Below, piece by piece: positions 26,001-39,488 of a stretch of 64,000 nucleotides of DNA. The notes beneath the pieces were generated by a model. That model worked only from the letters and a program-made list of their open reading frames with translations. It did not search any database and was not told the origin of the DNA. The position numbers were made by a program, and so were the translations under genes. How positions within the stretch are numbered: position 1 is the first letter of the stretch; each line of letters starts with the position of its first letter. Origin of the DNA: Heterodontus francisci (lineage: Eukaryota); the NCBI RefSeq assembly GCF_036365525.1, contig NC_090381.1:88281257-88345256 (forward strand), in the 5' to 3' direction.

Positions 26001-26798
26001 TAAATCCAGCAAGGAATTGCTAGTGCCCGCTGAGCGAACAGTCATGTGTTTCAGGCAGTCATCAATGCCAGATAGACGAACATCAGAGGAAAGATTAACA
26101 GTAACTCCCCCTGTGAAAGCAAATTCCTTTGACGGCTTTGCCCAAAATGATCGCAGAAACATATTAGATATACATATAGGTGACACAGGATTGTCCACTA
26201 ATCTCTATAAATCTCTAACAGACTCTTGTTTGTATCGGAAGTGTAAAACTGACCGTATCACCGATATGCTGATAAATGAAACTTGGTCAAATTCCATTGA
26301 GGCCCTAATGAGAAAAAATAAAATTATCTGTGGTGATACTGACAGTCAGAGTGCCGAGCAGCTATCAAGCAGAGCCCAGCCACATGTTGAACAATATGCC
26401 ACCGGGGTAGTATCAGACACTGTTAGGTGTGGGGAAGCATCCATCAGCAGCCTGCAGGATTCTATTGAAGCTGCACCCCATGACTCTGGAACAAAAAGCA
26501 AAAAATGTGAGGCACCCATTAAACACAAATTAGAGAAAGCAAAAATCGTGATTGATAAAAAGTGTTTCACATCATCACATGATTGCGCAACTGTGAAGAG
26601 AAAGAAGTTGTCCCACTGCCTGAGGGAAGTCCCTTTAATTCATATACAGGATGATCAAAGAGAAGAGATCAAGGAATGTCTTCAGGCAAAGATTGTCTGT
26701 AATGCGAAGACATCGACTGAAAGGAGCCTCCTGGAAAGGAAACTTCCAGAAGTTGATTCTGAAGGGCATACCGAGACTAGTTCTATAATATCCAGCAG
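23006..26798 (+). CDS. SPHKAP: SPHKAP giant exon (~exon 7, 3793 nt)
   Basis: ttctcttag|AT CCT completes the phase-1 codon from the previous exon; donor AG|gtaaat. Contains SPHKAP motifs LPKIVIVQSPD, TVVSMATEMAAICL, KPPRLSEIKRK, SKQSSCESITDEF, LLLDYYAGK and SKQSSTESITEEFY. Confidence 0.96.
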
Positions 26799-27949
26799 GT
26801 AAATGACAGAACAAATCAGCAAATGTCATCTCTTTGTTTAACAGTGCAAATTGTGACCTGTAACAGAAATTAAAATCTGGAGCCTTTTTAATGTTATGAA
26901 ACAAAGGACAAGAGATTATAAGTGTGGGATGGGACATCATGATAGGATGTTGGCTTACATCTAGTTTGCCTTCCAGCGTCCTGATAGACATGTGATACAA
27001 CAATATCGCAGTTGTTGACTAATACAGCAAATCAATCTATCAATTAGTCCACTGCAGACCCACCCAGAAGGGAAGGAAAGTCCCCAGAGATAGAAAGCTT
27101 TGAGAACCATTGGTACAAAGTCACCTGTTCCTCCAAAGCATTCTACAGTTACTATATGCCATGTCTCAAATTACTTACATGCTGCATCCCAAAATATTTT
27201 CTGAAATAAATCTATCTAATTTGCATTTGAATTAATCAATACTTTCTGCTTCCACCATCTCCCAAGGGAGCCTGTTCTATAGATTGACCGCCCCCACTTT
27301 AATAATGCTTCCGCAGATTTGTTTTGAATTAACCCCCCCACTATGCCCCCCTCCCCCCGCCCCCTCTTCAAGTGCAGGCCATTTTTAATCAACTGTAACT
27401 CCAAACAATGGCACAAGCAATTCCCTTCCTAACAGCATGGCATGTGTACCTACAACACATGAACTGCAGCGGTTCAAGAAGGCAGCTCACCACCACCTTT
27501 TCAAGGGGAATTAGGGATGGGCAATAAATGCTGGCCTTGCCAGAAACATTCACATCCCAAGAAAAAAACAGTTTTAACAAACCCTCTCCGTGAAACTAAT
27601 AGCGTCATTTGACAGTTTTTGTGTTGTTTATTGCCCCACTGATAGCAAGACAGAAGAAGTTAAACAGATGTCAAATGTCTCAGCCACAGCTAACTGGTCT
27701 ATTTTAAAGCACATTATTCTCCCACTATCTAAAATCATTTCAAAGGATGAATAGAATATAGTAATATTATTTTTCGAGACATGATGGAGCTCTGCTTCTG
27801 TTAACACAAGTCTCCTCCCAACTAGTAAGCTGTAAGTGCTATTACGTCAGTGAGTGCCAAATGTTTTGTGGCAAAACCCTTAAAAATTTCAGAAGTTACT
27901 ATGATAGCACACTGAGATGGTCTGCCATTGGGAAAAAGGAAAGGACAGG

Positions 27950-28380
27950 ATTTGCATTTATTTAGCACCTTTCACAACCTCTAGAGCCACAAAGTACTTT
28001 ACACCCAATTAAATACTTTTGAACTGTAGTCATTGTTATAATGTAGGGAGACACAACAGCCAATTTGATCACACAAAAGCAACGAGATCAATGAGCTGAT
28101 AACCTTTTTATAGTGATGTTGGTTGAGGCTTAAATATTGGACAGGACATCAGAAGAGCTTCCTACTCTTTTTCAAATCATGCTAAGGGATCTTTTATATC
28201 CACCTGACATGACACACAGGGCCTCAGTTTCAGTTTAACATCTCACTGGCACCTCTGACTGTGCAGCACCCCCTCAGTGCTGCACTAAATGTGTCAACTT
28301 AGATTATGTGCTCATCTCTACACTAGAATTTGAACCCACAGCCTTCTGACTCAGAGCTCATTGCCAAGACTGTAACCAAT
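27950..28380 (-). mobile_element. DeuSINE (SacSINE1-like)
   Basis: Minus strand has a tRNA head (ctctgagtcagaaggctgtgggttcaaat), the Deu domain (gagatgttaaac...gaggccc...aaaagatccc) and an L2-type tail (aaaggtgctaaataaatgcaa). Confidence 0.75.
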
Positions 28381-29121
28381 AAGCCAGGGCTGTCATCTGA
28401 TTCTTCTGTACAATGTGGATGAAGGTTTGCCTCTAGAATTCTTCATGCAGCAAGTTCTGAGCCCTTACTAGTCAGATAAAAGGTAACGAGTAGTGGTGAG
28501 TCATGCTAGGTTGCTCTTGAGCTGTCCCCCAAGCAGTCTTGAAAGTAACCTAGTTATAGGTCCAGAAAAGGTCCTTTACTTACCTTCCTTATGCAGTTGG
28601 CAGAAGGCGCTTTGAAAGGAATTTTAAAAATCTGCTAACCTGCTGTATACAGAAACCTTCGGGGTTAATGCTCTTTAATTCTGGAGAAATGTCTCAATGC
28701 TCCAAAGTTTATCCTTGGCTTAGAAAAGTTTTCCATTGAATTAATTTGATTGGTTTCCATTTCATGGGATATCCCTCAGAGATAATCTTCCTCTTAATGA
28801 AGGTGACAAGCACAACCCTGAATTTCTGACCGTAGTTGTTGTGAACCAATCGGCATTCATGTTTGTCACCCAGGGAGGCTCGTCACTGACAACACTGCTC
28901 AAGGTCAAAGACAAAGTAATGCTGTTAGAAAAAAAGACTTTCCATAAATGGATATTAACAATTACAAATGAGGTCTTTCTTGCTCTAATGGCTATTCCAG
29001 GTAATTACTAGATAACTAGATCTGTCTGGTCAGATGCAGTCTGATCTGTCCAATTCCCAGAGGCATCTTATAAGCATTGGATGTGCAAAAGGAATATAGA
29101 CTTTTATTGCTGAGTAAATAA

Positions 29122-30318
29122 ATCATAGGCTCATAGAAAGTTTACAGCTCAGAAGGTGGCCATTCGGCCCATCATCTCTGTGCTGGCTCTCTGCAACAGC
29201 AACTCACCTAGTCCCATTCCTTGGTCTTTTTCCCATAGCCCTGAATTTTGTTTCTCTTCAAATAATTGTCCAATTCTCTTTTGAAGGCCTTGATTGAATC
29301 TACCTCCACCACATTTTTCAGGCGGAGCATTCCAGATCCTAACCACTCGCTGTGTAAAAAAGTTTTTCCTCTTGTCGCCTCTGGTTCTTTTGTCAATCAC
29401 TTTAAATCGGTGTTCTCTGGTTCCGGATCCTTTGGGAACAATTTCTCCCGATCTACTCTGTCCAAACCCGTCATGATTTTGAACACCGCTATCAAATCAC
29501 CTCTTAATCATCTCTTCTCCAAGGAGAACAACCACAGCTTCTCCAATCTATCCACGAAACAGAGGTTCCTCATCCCTGGAACCATTCTCGTGTATCTTCT
29601 CTGCACCATCTCTAATGCCTTAACATCCTTCCCAGAGTGTGGTGCCCACAACTGGGCACAATATTTCAGTTGAGGCCAAACCAGTGTTTTATTACAGGTT
29701 TATCATAACTTCCTTGTTCTTGTATTCTATGCCCCTATTTATAAATACCAGGATCCTGTATGTCTTATTAACCACTTTCTCAACATGCTCTGCAACCTTC
29801 AATGATTTGTGGACATATATTCACAGGTCCCTCTGCTCCTGCATCCGCTTTAGAACTGTATCCTTTAATTTATATTGCCCCTTCTTGTTCTTCCTACCAA
29901 AATGAAACACTTCATACTTTACTGCATTAAATTTAATTTGCCACTTGTGCACCCATTCCACCAGCCTGTCTATGTTCTCTTGAAGTTTATCGCTATCTTC
30001 TTCACAGTTCACAATACTTCCAAGCTTTGTGTCATCTGCAAATTTTGAAATTGTGCCCTGTGTGCAGATGTCTAGGTCATTAATATATATCAAGAAAAGC
30101 AGGGGTCCTAGCACAGACCACTGGGAAACCCCACTATATTCCTTCCTCCAGTCTGAAAAACAACTGTTCAGAACTACTCTGTTTCCTGTCATTCAGCCAA
30201 TTTTGTATCCATGCTGCTGCTGTCCCTATTATTCCATGGGCTCTAACTTTGCTGACAAGCCTGTTATGTGGCACTTTATCAAATGCTTTTTGAAAGTCCC
30301 TGTTCACCACATCAATGC
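29122..30318 (-). mobile_element. CR1 LINE 3' fragment
   Basis: Minus-strand ORFs contain [23 protein letters not shown] and KNFFTQRVVRIWN. Confidence 0.9.
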
Positions 30319-31545
30319 TATTATTTTGTACAAAGACTATTTCCAGTCAACTTTATTAACCCTAAGTGGCACAAGTTCTTGGTCAACTGTAGATACTTTT
30401 TCAGGGTCAGCTGCATGAGTATTTTAATTTATTGGAGTTGACTCACACTACCCTACAATCTATTTGTAGAATAAAGTAACCCAGGAACGTTACCTTACTA
30501 TCCCCTTGTGACCTGGGCTGGATATTCACATCTTTTTCCACTGTGGTCCATCAGTTTCTCTCACAGTGGAACAAGCAAACACTTGCTGAGATTAGTGTTG
30601 ACATGAATCATTGGACTGGTTTATTTCAGAGTGCATGGACATACAGAGCAAGTTATGATGAAATTCCTTAGTTAATTGGTACATGTTCATAATATATTGA
30701 AAATAATAAATAAGCTACGCTTCCCCATTTCAGTGAGTAATCTTATTTGACTTAAATAATATATCTAACTGCTGTCCCTCACCACCTTCCCCCTCCCCGG
30801 CAACCCATTGTAACCATCTCACAATCTTTTCCTGGGCCTCACTAATTTGAAGATTTATGTTTTAAAAGCTTTGTCTACCAGTGCAGCATCCTGCTTCAAA
30901 AGCCTTTCTGCTTGTCTGTATCCCTGTCTCTATCTCAAATCTCTCTCTGTTCACAGCTATGAAAATAAATCAAAGACTTTACAATACAGTGATTGTAAGG
31001 TGTTTATCAATTACACAGAGAACCTAATGAATTGCTTATTATTTACAGTATATAAAGAAACATCGAAGTTGGCTCATTCGTATCTAAATTGTTTCTCTCT
31101 GAAACTTTTTTTAGCTGGAATGAATGCACTATGTTTTAGGACAGAGCATTTAAAGTAACAATTCTTCCAAATCATATCTGGAAAAACAGCGGAAAGATCC
31201 TGAAATGTGATAGACACACATCATGTTGACTATTCTAAAAGCAACTTTGAATTAAACTGATGAGAACTGGATTTGACCTGATTTGTATCTTTGAATGCTC
31301 CTATCACTTGACTAAATAGGCAATATACATGCTAGAATTGTCAAAATATCCCTCTGTACATGTTCAGTGTCTCATCGCCAGCTTCATGATGGTTGGCAGA
31401 CAGGTAGCTGAACAAGTCTGACAACTGGGGCTCCTGAATGAAAATATTTTGGTCTTACATACTGAGGTATTTTAAAAGAGTACTGTAAACTACATAATTT
31501 AATATATACTGTGGGGTTTTTTATCCTGATCAACTGTGGATCTTG

Positions 31546-32250
31546 GGCTGGATTTTGCTGTTAGTAGTGAAGCAAAATCCCTGGCCAATGACCTTGAAGG
31601 AGACTAGTGATCTTTCTACATGGATTTCCCCTTTCCTGATGGAAGTTTAAATCTGGCACCAAGTCAAGGGGATCTCCAGGTGTCCAGCAGCAATGATGCT
31701 AGCAAGCAGGATAAGCAGCCAATCATATTGAAGTATTCTCACAAACAGTAAACAGCAATCCACAGAGTCACCTTTAATTAAAATTTTTAGATAGCAAAAT
31801 AAATGATTGATTGGATTAAGATAGAAGATAAAATATTCTAAACAAACTATAAAAAAATTTAAAATGGGAATTTTTTATTATAATGGCGCAAGTCCATTCC
31901 ACAAATATAAAGTTAGCTTTTCAGAGACAGTGAGGATGTTTAGCATTATTTATGAACATAGTTTAAAAGCACAGTTGCACTTCATTCAATAAGGTGAAAC
32001 TTTTTTAAGGGTTTTCACAAAGAGTCTGGCAGTGTAAAAATTCTCGTCAATTCACTGCTTAGTGATTGCACTCTGGGGGGACTTCAACAGCACACTATCT
32101 GGAGGAGCTTGGATTCACTGACGACAACCTCTGGATTTCTGCGTTATTCTGCACATGTATGGACTCCCAGAGTTGCTGTCAGTTTCAATGGAGTAATGAT
32201 GATGACACACTAACAGTTTTGCCATCATTACCACCAGAAAATCTGGGGCT
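31546..32250. mobile_element. Degraded MITE-like element
   Basis: Termini gggctggatttt ... aaaatctggggc resemble the TIRs of the GC-rich MITE family. Confidence 0.4.
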
Positions 32251-33219
32251 ATGAGCTGATAGCAATAAAATCCCAATTCTTCAATGGAAATATCATCATG
32301 CATCATTCATACAGACATCACTGGTAATTGGCATTTAACAGAGAAAAAAAAGGAAATGTAACAAGGGAGAAAAGATCATGATTAGCTTGCAGCATCCCTA
32401 TTGTAAATAATAGAATGTGATTTGTTTAAATCAGGAATCTGAAAACAAAAATTACTTTGCAACTAACTCCATACATAATGGATAAATAAACATAATTTGC
32501 CCAGAAAGCCTAAATGAAACCAATTAAGCATATTTGAGTAACTGCAGTTTTATAGCACAATGCAGCTACTCAACAAGGGGATGATATTTTTGCAAAGCTT
32601 TCGTTTTACAGCGGAGGATTTGAGCATTATGCCAACAATTTGGTTTGTAATTTACATTGAGCCATTTTTATAACAAATCTGTTTTATTTTTAGCAAAGAT
32701 GCCAACTAGTCTAAAACTGGACTTGATGTATTGAAACTGCTGATATAATGAAAACTTCTTTCCAACTTCATAAAGATAAGTGAAAAATAGCACTTGTCCC
32801 ATTTAGCTAAAGTTAGAACAACAAAACATATAATATACCATGGGTTCAAGGCCTTTGAATCACTACAAAGTTTGAAAATTTCACAGATTTCAGATCTGGG
32901 ACCCACTTTTCAGATCTATAATAGGTTCAAAGCTCATTAAATTTGCTTTGAACTGAGCTACTGCAATACAACAACAACTTTCATTTCTTTAGCCGGGATA
33001 CTTGCTTGTTTGCAGGGGGCCCAGGCAAAGGTTTGAATTTGCAGTTCTGACAGTTTACTAAACAAGCTTATCCCTGGAACTGCTCCGGGCACCTAAATAG
33101 TTCGGGTCACTGTGCAGTTGCAAGGTCCTAAAGCTACCCCTGCATATTGAATGGAACGGCACAGAAGGAGGCCATTTGGCCCATCATACCTATGTCAGAT
33201 TAGTACCAAACACAGGGAA

Positions 33220-33790
33220 AAATGTCCCAAGGTGCTTCACATAAGTATAATTAGAAAAATTAACACCAAGTCAAAGAAGGAGATATTAGGATAGCCGACC
33301 AAAACCTTGGTCAAAGAAGTGGGTTTTAAGAAAGGTCTTAAAGGAAAAGTGGAGAGTGGAGAGGCAGAGTGGTTAAGGATGGGAATTCCATAACACATGT
33401 AGCTGAAGGTATGACTGCCAATAGTGGGATAAAGACAGAGGGGATATACAAGAGGCTAAAGTCAGAAGAATCAATGATTTGAGGGTAGGACATTATAGGA
33501 GACAATTACAGAAATAGCGAGGGAAGATTTAAATATGAGGATAAAAATTTTCAATTTGAGACACTGGGGTACCGAAAGCCAATATAGGTCAGTGCAGTCG
33601 AGGTGATGGGTTAGCAGGACTTGGTGAGGGTAGGATATGTGCGGCAGTGTTTTGGTTGACCTGAAGTTTATGGAGGATGAATGGTGAGTTAAATTGTGGG
33701 TGAATGGATGACTGTTTCAATAGCTGACAGGCCGAGGTAGGGGCAGAAGTAGGCAATGTTACAGCAATGGAAGTAAGTGCATTTTGTGCT
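33220..33790 (-). mobile_element. L2-type LINE 3' fragment
   Basis: Similar to 38335-38590 and 43805-44135 (gaccaaaa..ttggtcaaaga.gtgggttttaag). Peptide remnant LQVNQNTAAHIL. Confidence 0.7.
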
Positions 33791-34147
33791 GAAGAGGACA
33801 TGTTGGAAGCTCAAATATCTACTCTCTGCTACCAGTTGGAATGTAAATGTTTGCACGGTTCATGAAGGGCTCCAGTGACAGAAAACAATTAGTCTATTTT
33901 TCCGATCTCCCGTCCCAATTAGATTTTTGCATTTTTTTCTAGACTTTAATAATGACCACTCATATTTGATACATATGGCTTGAATATAATATCTTTGTGT
34001 CAACTCTGCTTTATATGTGGAAACACACTGGAGTTAAGAGGGAGTATTTCACTTATGGCTGTTTCTGTATAGATTGTAGGTTCTACTGTTAAACCCTATT
34101 TTTTTAATCCAGTAAATTGAGTTACATGTATATCCCCGGTAGGCTGA

Positions 34148-37100
34148 GGGGAGGTGGTGGCGTAATGGTATTGTCACTGGACTAGTAATCCAGAGACCAA
34201 GGGTATTGCTCTGGGGACATGGGCTTGAATCCCACCGTCGCAGAAGGTTAAGTTTGAATTCAATTAGTGAATCTGGAATTAAAAGCCAGTCTAATGATGG
34301 CCGTGAAACCATTGTCAATTCTCATAAAAACCCACCTACTTCACTAATGCCCTTTAGGGAAGGAAATCTGCTGTCCTTACCTGGTGTGGCCTACATGTGA
34401 CTCTAGACCTACAGCAAAGTGGTTGACTCATAAATTCCCTCTGAAACATATCAAACCGCTACAAAGTCAATAAGAAATGAAACAGGACGGACCACCCGGC
34501 ATCGACCGAGGCACCGGAAACGACAATGGCAAACCCAGCCCTGTCGACCCTGCAAGTTCCTCCTTACTAACATCTGGGGGCTGGTGCCAAATTTGGAAAA
34601 GCTGTCCCAAAGACTAGTCAAGCAACAGCCTGACATAGTCATACTCACAGAATCATACCTTAAAGCCAATGTCCCGGACACCGCCATCGCCAACCCTGGG
34701 TATGTCCTGTCCCACTGGCAGGATAGACCCACCAGAGGTGGTATACAATCGGGAAGGAGTTGCCCTGGGAGTCCTCAACAATGTCTCTGGACCCCATTAA
34801 GTCTCATGGTGTCAGGTCAAACTATGGGCAAGGAAACCTCCTGCTGATTACCACCTACTGCCCCCCACCCCCCTCAGCTGATGCATCGGTACTCCTCCAA
34901 GTTGAACACCACTTGGAGGAAGCACTGAGAGTGGCAAGGGCACAGACTGTACTCTGGGTGGGGGACTTCAATGTCTATCACCAGGAGTGGCTCGGTAGCA
35001 CCACTACTAATCGAGCTGGCCGAGTCCTAAAGGAGATAGCTGCTAGACTGGGTCTGCGACAGTTGGTGAGGGAAGACATACTTGACCTCGTCCTGTTGCA
35101 GATGCATCTGTCCATGACAGTATTGGTAGGAATGACCACCGCACAGTCCTTGTGGAGACAAAGTCCCGTCTTCACACTGAGGATACCCTCCATTGCATTG
35201 TGTGGCACTACCACCGTGCTAAATGGGATAGATATTGAACAGATCTAGCAACTCAAAACTGGGCATTCATGAGGCGCTGTGGGCCATCAGCAGCAGCAGA
35301 ATTGTACTCAACCACAATCTGTAACTTCATATCCCCCACTCTACCATTACCATCAAGCCAGGAGACCAACCCTGGATCAATGAAAAGTGCAGGAGGGCAT
35401 GCCAGGAGCAGCACCAGGCATACCTCAAAATGAGGTGTCAACCTGGTAAAGCTACAACCCAGGACTACTTGCATGCCAAACAGCGTAAGCAGCATTCAAT
35501 AGACCAAGCTAAGCGATCCCACAACCAATGGATCAGATCTAAGCTCTGCAGACCTGCCACATCCAGTCATGAATGGTGGTGGACAATTAAACAACTAACT
35601 GGAGGAGGTAGCAACACAAATATCCCCATCCTCAATGATGGGGGAGACCAGCACATCAGTGCAAAAGATAAAGCTGAAGCATTTGGAACAATCTTCAGCC
35701 AAAGTGCCAAGTGGATGATCCATCTCGGCCTCCTCCTGAAGTCCCCAGCATGACAGGTGCCAGACTTCAGCCAATGCGATTCACTCTGCGTGATATCAAG
35801 AAATGACTGAAGGCACTGAATACTGCAAAGGCTATGGGCCCTGACAACATTCTGGCAACAGTACTGAAGACCTGTGCTCCAGAACTTGCAACACACCTAG
35901 CCAAGCTCTTCCAGTACAGCTACAACACTGGCATCTACCTGGCAATGTGGAAAATTGCCCAGGTATGTGCTGTACTCAAAAAGCAGGACAAATCCAACCC
36001 GGCCAATTACCGCCCCATCAGTCTACTCTCGATCATCAGTAAAGTGATGGAAGGTGTCATTGACAGTGCTATCAAGAGGCACTTGCTTAGCAATTGAAGT
36101 GATTTATGACTTTAACCCCTTATACAGACTAAACCAAATCAGGAGTACATTCCTATAAATCTCCTTTAATTAAATTCAGACTAGACAAATTCTTATAGAC
36201 ACTGAATTGCGTCCAAAGAATTGAACTAGTTTTCTCTCAAAGAAAGAAAACCAACAGAGAATATTACCATCTTTTGGATAGCCTATTTTAAAATAATTAT
36301 GGCGAAGTCATAAATATCCCAGATATTATAAGGGTCTGGGAAACTCTCTCAAATACGTATCTCTCCACGTTTCTCTCTATAATAGTCTTTTTTATGGTAG
36401 CTTGAACTCTCTTTGTGGGTCAATCCATCTACATTTACCAACACCATCAATTAATTAAATTTATGACTAGCTTTAACTGATGTCACACAGGACATTTCAA
36501 TGTGTGTTTATCCTCTAATTCCCTGGCAACACTGAAATGGATTTCCCAACTTAAAAGGTATTTCTGGTACACATTCTATTGTAACAGGGACCTTGAAATT
36601 TTTAACTCTACCTTCTTAAAGGGGAATGTCAGTGAGTCTTGAAAACTGACCATTTATTCAACCTCTAATTCTAAAAGTTATAACATATTAAATATATCTA
36701 AATTCTACCCAATTAAGCCTATTATACCTATATTCCATCACACAATAACCTGCTTGGTGATGCTCAGTTTGGGTTCCACCAGGGCCACTCAACTCCTGAC
36801 CTCATTACAGCCTTGGTTCAAACATGGACTAAAGAGCTGAACTCCAGAGGTGAGGTGAGAGTGACTGCCTTTGACATCAAGCATTTGACTGAGTATGGCA
36901 TCAAGGAGCCCTAGCAAAACTGGAGTCAATGGGAATCAGGGGGAAAACTCTCCACGTTTGGAGTCATATCTAGCGCAAAGCAAGATGGTTGCGATTGTTG
37001 GAGGTCAATCATCTCAGCTCCAGAACATCACTGCAGGAGTTCCACAGGGTAGTGTCCTAGGCCCAACCATCTTCAGCTGCTTCATCAATGATCTTCCTTC

Positions 37101-38016
37101 AATCATAAGATCAGAAATGGGGATGTTTGCTGTTGATTGCACAATGTTCAGCACCATTCACGACTCCTCAGATACTGAAGCAGTCGTGTAGAAATGCAGC
37201 AAGACCTGGACAATATCCAGGCTTGGGCTGATAAGTAGCAAGTAATATTTGCGTCACACAAGTGCCAGGCAATGAGTATCTCAAACAAGAGAGAATCTAA
37301 CCATCTCCCCTTGACATTCAATGGCGTAACGATCGCTCAATCCCCCACTATCAACATCCTGGGGGTTACCATTGACCAGAAACTGAACTGGAGTAGCCAT
37401 ATAAATACTGCAGCTACAAGAGCAGGTCAGAGGCTAGGAATCCTGCAGTGAGTAACTCACCTCCTGACTCCCTGAAGCCTGTCCACCATCTACAAGGCAC
37501 AAGTCAGGAGTGTGATGGAATACTCTCCACTTGCCTGGATGGGCACAGCTCCAACGACACTCAAGAAGCTTGACACCATCCAGGACAAAGCAGCCCGCTC
37601 GATTGGCACCCCACCTTCAACATTCACTCCCTCCACCACTGACGCACTGTGGCAGCAGTGTGTACCATCTACATGATGCACTGCAGCAACGCACCAAGGC
37701 TCCTTAGACAGCACCTTCCAAACCCACGACATCTACCACCTAGAAGGACAAGGACATCAGATGCATGGGAACACCACCACCTGCAAGTTTGCTCCAAGCC
37801 ACACACTATCTTAACTTGGAACTATATCGCCATTCCTTCACTGTCTCTGAGTCAAAATCCTGGAACTCCTTTCCTAACAGCACTTGGGTATACCTATTCC
37901 ACATGGACTGCAGCAGTTCAACAAGGTGGCTCCACCTTCTCAGCAGCAATTAGGGATGGTCAATAAATGCTGTCCTAGCCAGCGATGCCCACATCCCCTG
38001 AACAAATAAAAAGAAA
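34148..38016 (+). mobile_element. Full-length single-ORF APE-RT LINE (CR1-Zenon/L2 group) with a tRNA-derived 5' head; decayed
   Basis: APE motifs NIWGL, PDIVILTESYL and WVGDFNVYHQEWLGS. RT motifs [29 protein letters not shown] and YKAQVRSVMEY. A box at 34158-34168 and degenerate B box at 34222-34232. Flanking gctga at 34143-34147 and 38017-38021. Confidence 0.85.
36095..36742. mobile_element. AT-rich TG..CA insert (solo-LTR-like) inside the LINE RT
   Basis: Exact 4-bp TSD caat at 36091-36094 and 36743-36746. Removing the insert restores the host frame HLLSN-NLLGDAQFGF. Confidence 0.75.
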
Positions 38017-38789
38017 GCTGATAACTGAGACCTGGTCAGGCTCTGCTGAAGATCGAGGAGCCTTTTTTCACATGTCTGATATTTTAGATGGTTGCTGTCT
38101 GAATAGTGTACAGTTCTCATAATTTATGGGGTGGATTTCCCTTTTTAACACCTATTCTTCAATGGTGTTGGGACACTAAAACCAGTAAAATGGAATAGTA
38201 TGTCTTATTGCTGCAAAAAATACTGCCCTAAAAAGTTGCAGCAAGATTCTTTCTCTGAAAAACCTCCAGTTTGCAGTACCATTCATGTAAAAAATCTCTC
38301 TCCCAACCCCTACCCTCACTGCATGTAAATAACACAACAACTTGTATTTATATAGCACCTTCATAGTATCAAAACGTCCTAAGGCGTTTCACAGGAGCAT
38401 GATAAAACAAAATATGACACCGAGTCACAAAAGGAAATATTAGGTCAGATGACCAAAAGCTTTGTCAAAGAGGTAGGTTTTAGGAGTGTCTTAAAGGAGG
38501 AAGGAGAGGTGAGGGAGGGTATTCCAGAGCTTGGGATCTAGGCAACTGAAGGTACTGCCTCCAGTCATGAAGTGATAAAAATCAGGGGTGCATTAACATG
38601 CGTAGTGTTAAGTCTACTACACAATGTGTTTCGTCCTTGGGGTACCTCACCAAGGTCAAAGCCAACCTGCTGTTTCTGCAGGAGTGTGGAATACCATACC
38701 TCAGCACCTACAGGCAATGGTTACGATGGTGTTCCCACGGGCCATCAATCTCCTCATGGGGAAATGATTCCCGTTCCTCTGGCCTGGAT

Positions 38790-39115
38790 ATTATTTTATT
38801 TTTATTTATTTAGAGATACAGCACTGAAACAGGCCCTTCAGCCCACCAAGTCTGTGCCGACCAACAACCACCCATTTATACTAACCCTGCAGTAATCCCA
38901 TATTCCCTATCACCTACCTACACTAGGGGCAATTTACAATGGCCAATTTACCTATCAACCTGCAAGTCTTTGGCTGTGGGAGGAAACCGGAGCAGCCAGC
39001 GAAAACCCACGCAGTCACAGGGAGGACTTGCAAACTCCGCACAAGCAATACCCAGAATCGAACCCGGGTCCCTGGAGCTGTGAGGCGGCAGTGCTAACCA
39101 CTGTGCCACTGTGCT
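38790..39115 (-). mobile_element. V-SINE (HE1-like)
   Basis: Minus strand has a tRNA head gcacagtggcacagtggttagcac...gggttcgattc, the V-domain gtgggttttc...tccggtttcctcccaca, a CR1-derived tail and (TAAA)n. Confidence 0.88.
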
Positions 39116-39488
39116 ACCCACTGTGTGGAGGCAACCTCACCATCTCCGAAGTTAGCAAGGTGGTAGGTAGTCGCCTCCTCGTAACAGATGTAATGTACAA
39201 CAATGCTCCACTCCGGTTAATCAACGTGTACACCCCAGTTCAATACAGTGGGAGGCTGACTGTCCTCCAGCAGCTCCCAGAGCTGCTGGCGACGTCCAGG
39301 CTAGTCATTCTAGGCAGTGACTTCAACTGCATCATCGACATGGCTCGATGATTTAGCAGGGCCAACAGCCAAATGGATGCCACATCCAGACTCCTGATAG
39401 AAACAATAAAAGATGCCAAGCTGCACGATGTCTTCAGCAGCCCTGCAGACAGACCGCAGCATAGATACACCTGGTCAAGACCAGACGG

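Noticed and set aside
34148-34245. Functional tRNA-Thr gene
   Set aside because: Degenerate B box, extra-long insertion, poor acceptor stem and no T-run terminator. It is a retroelement head.
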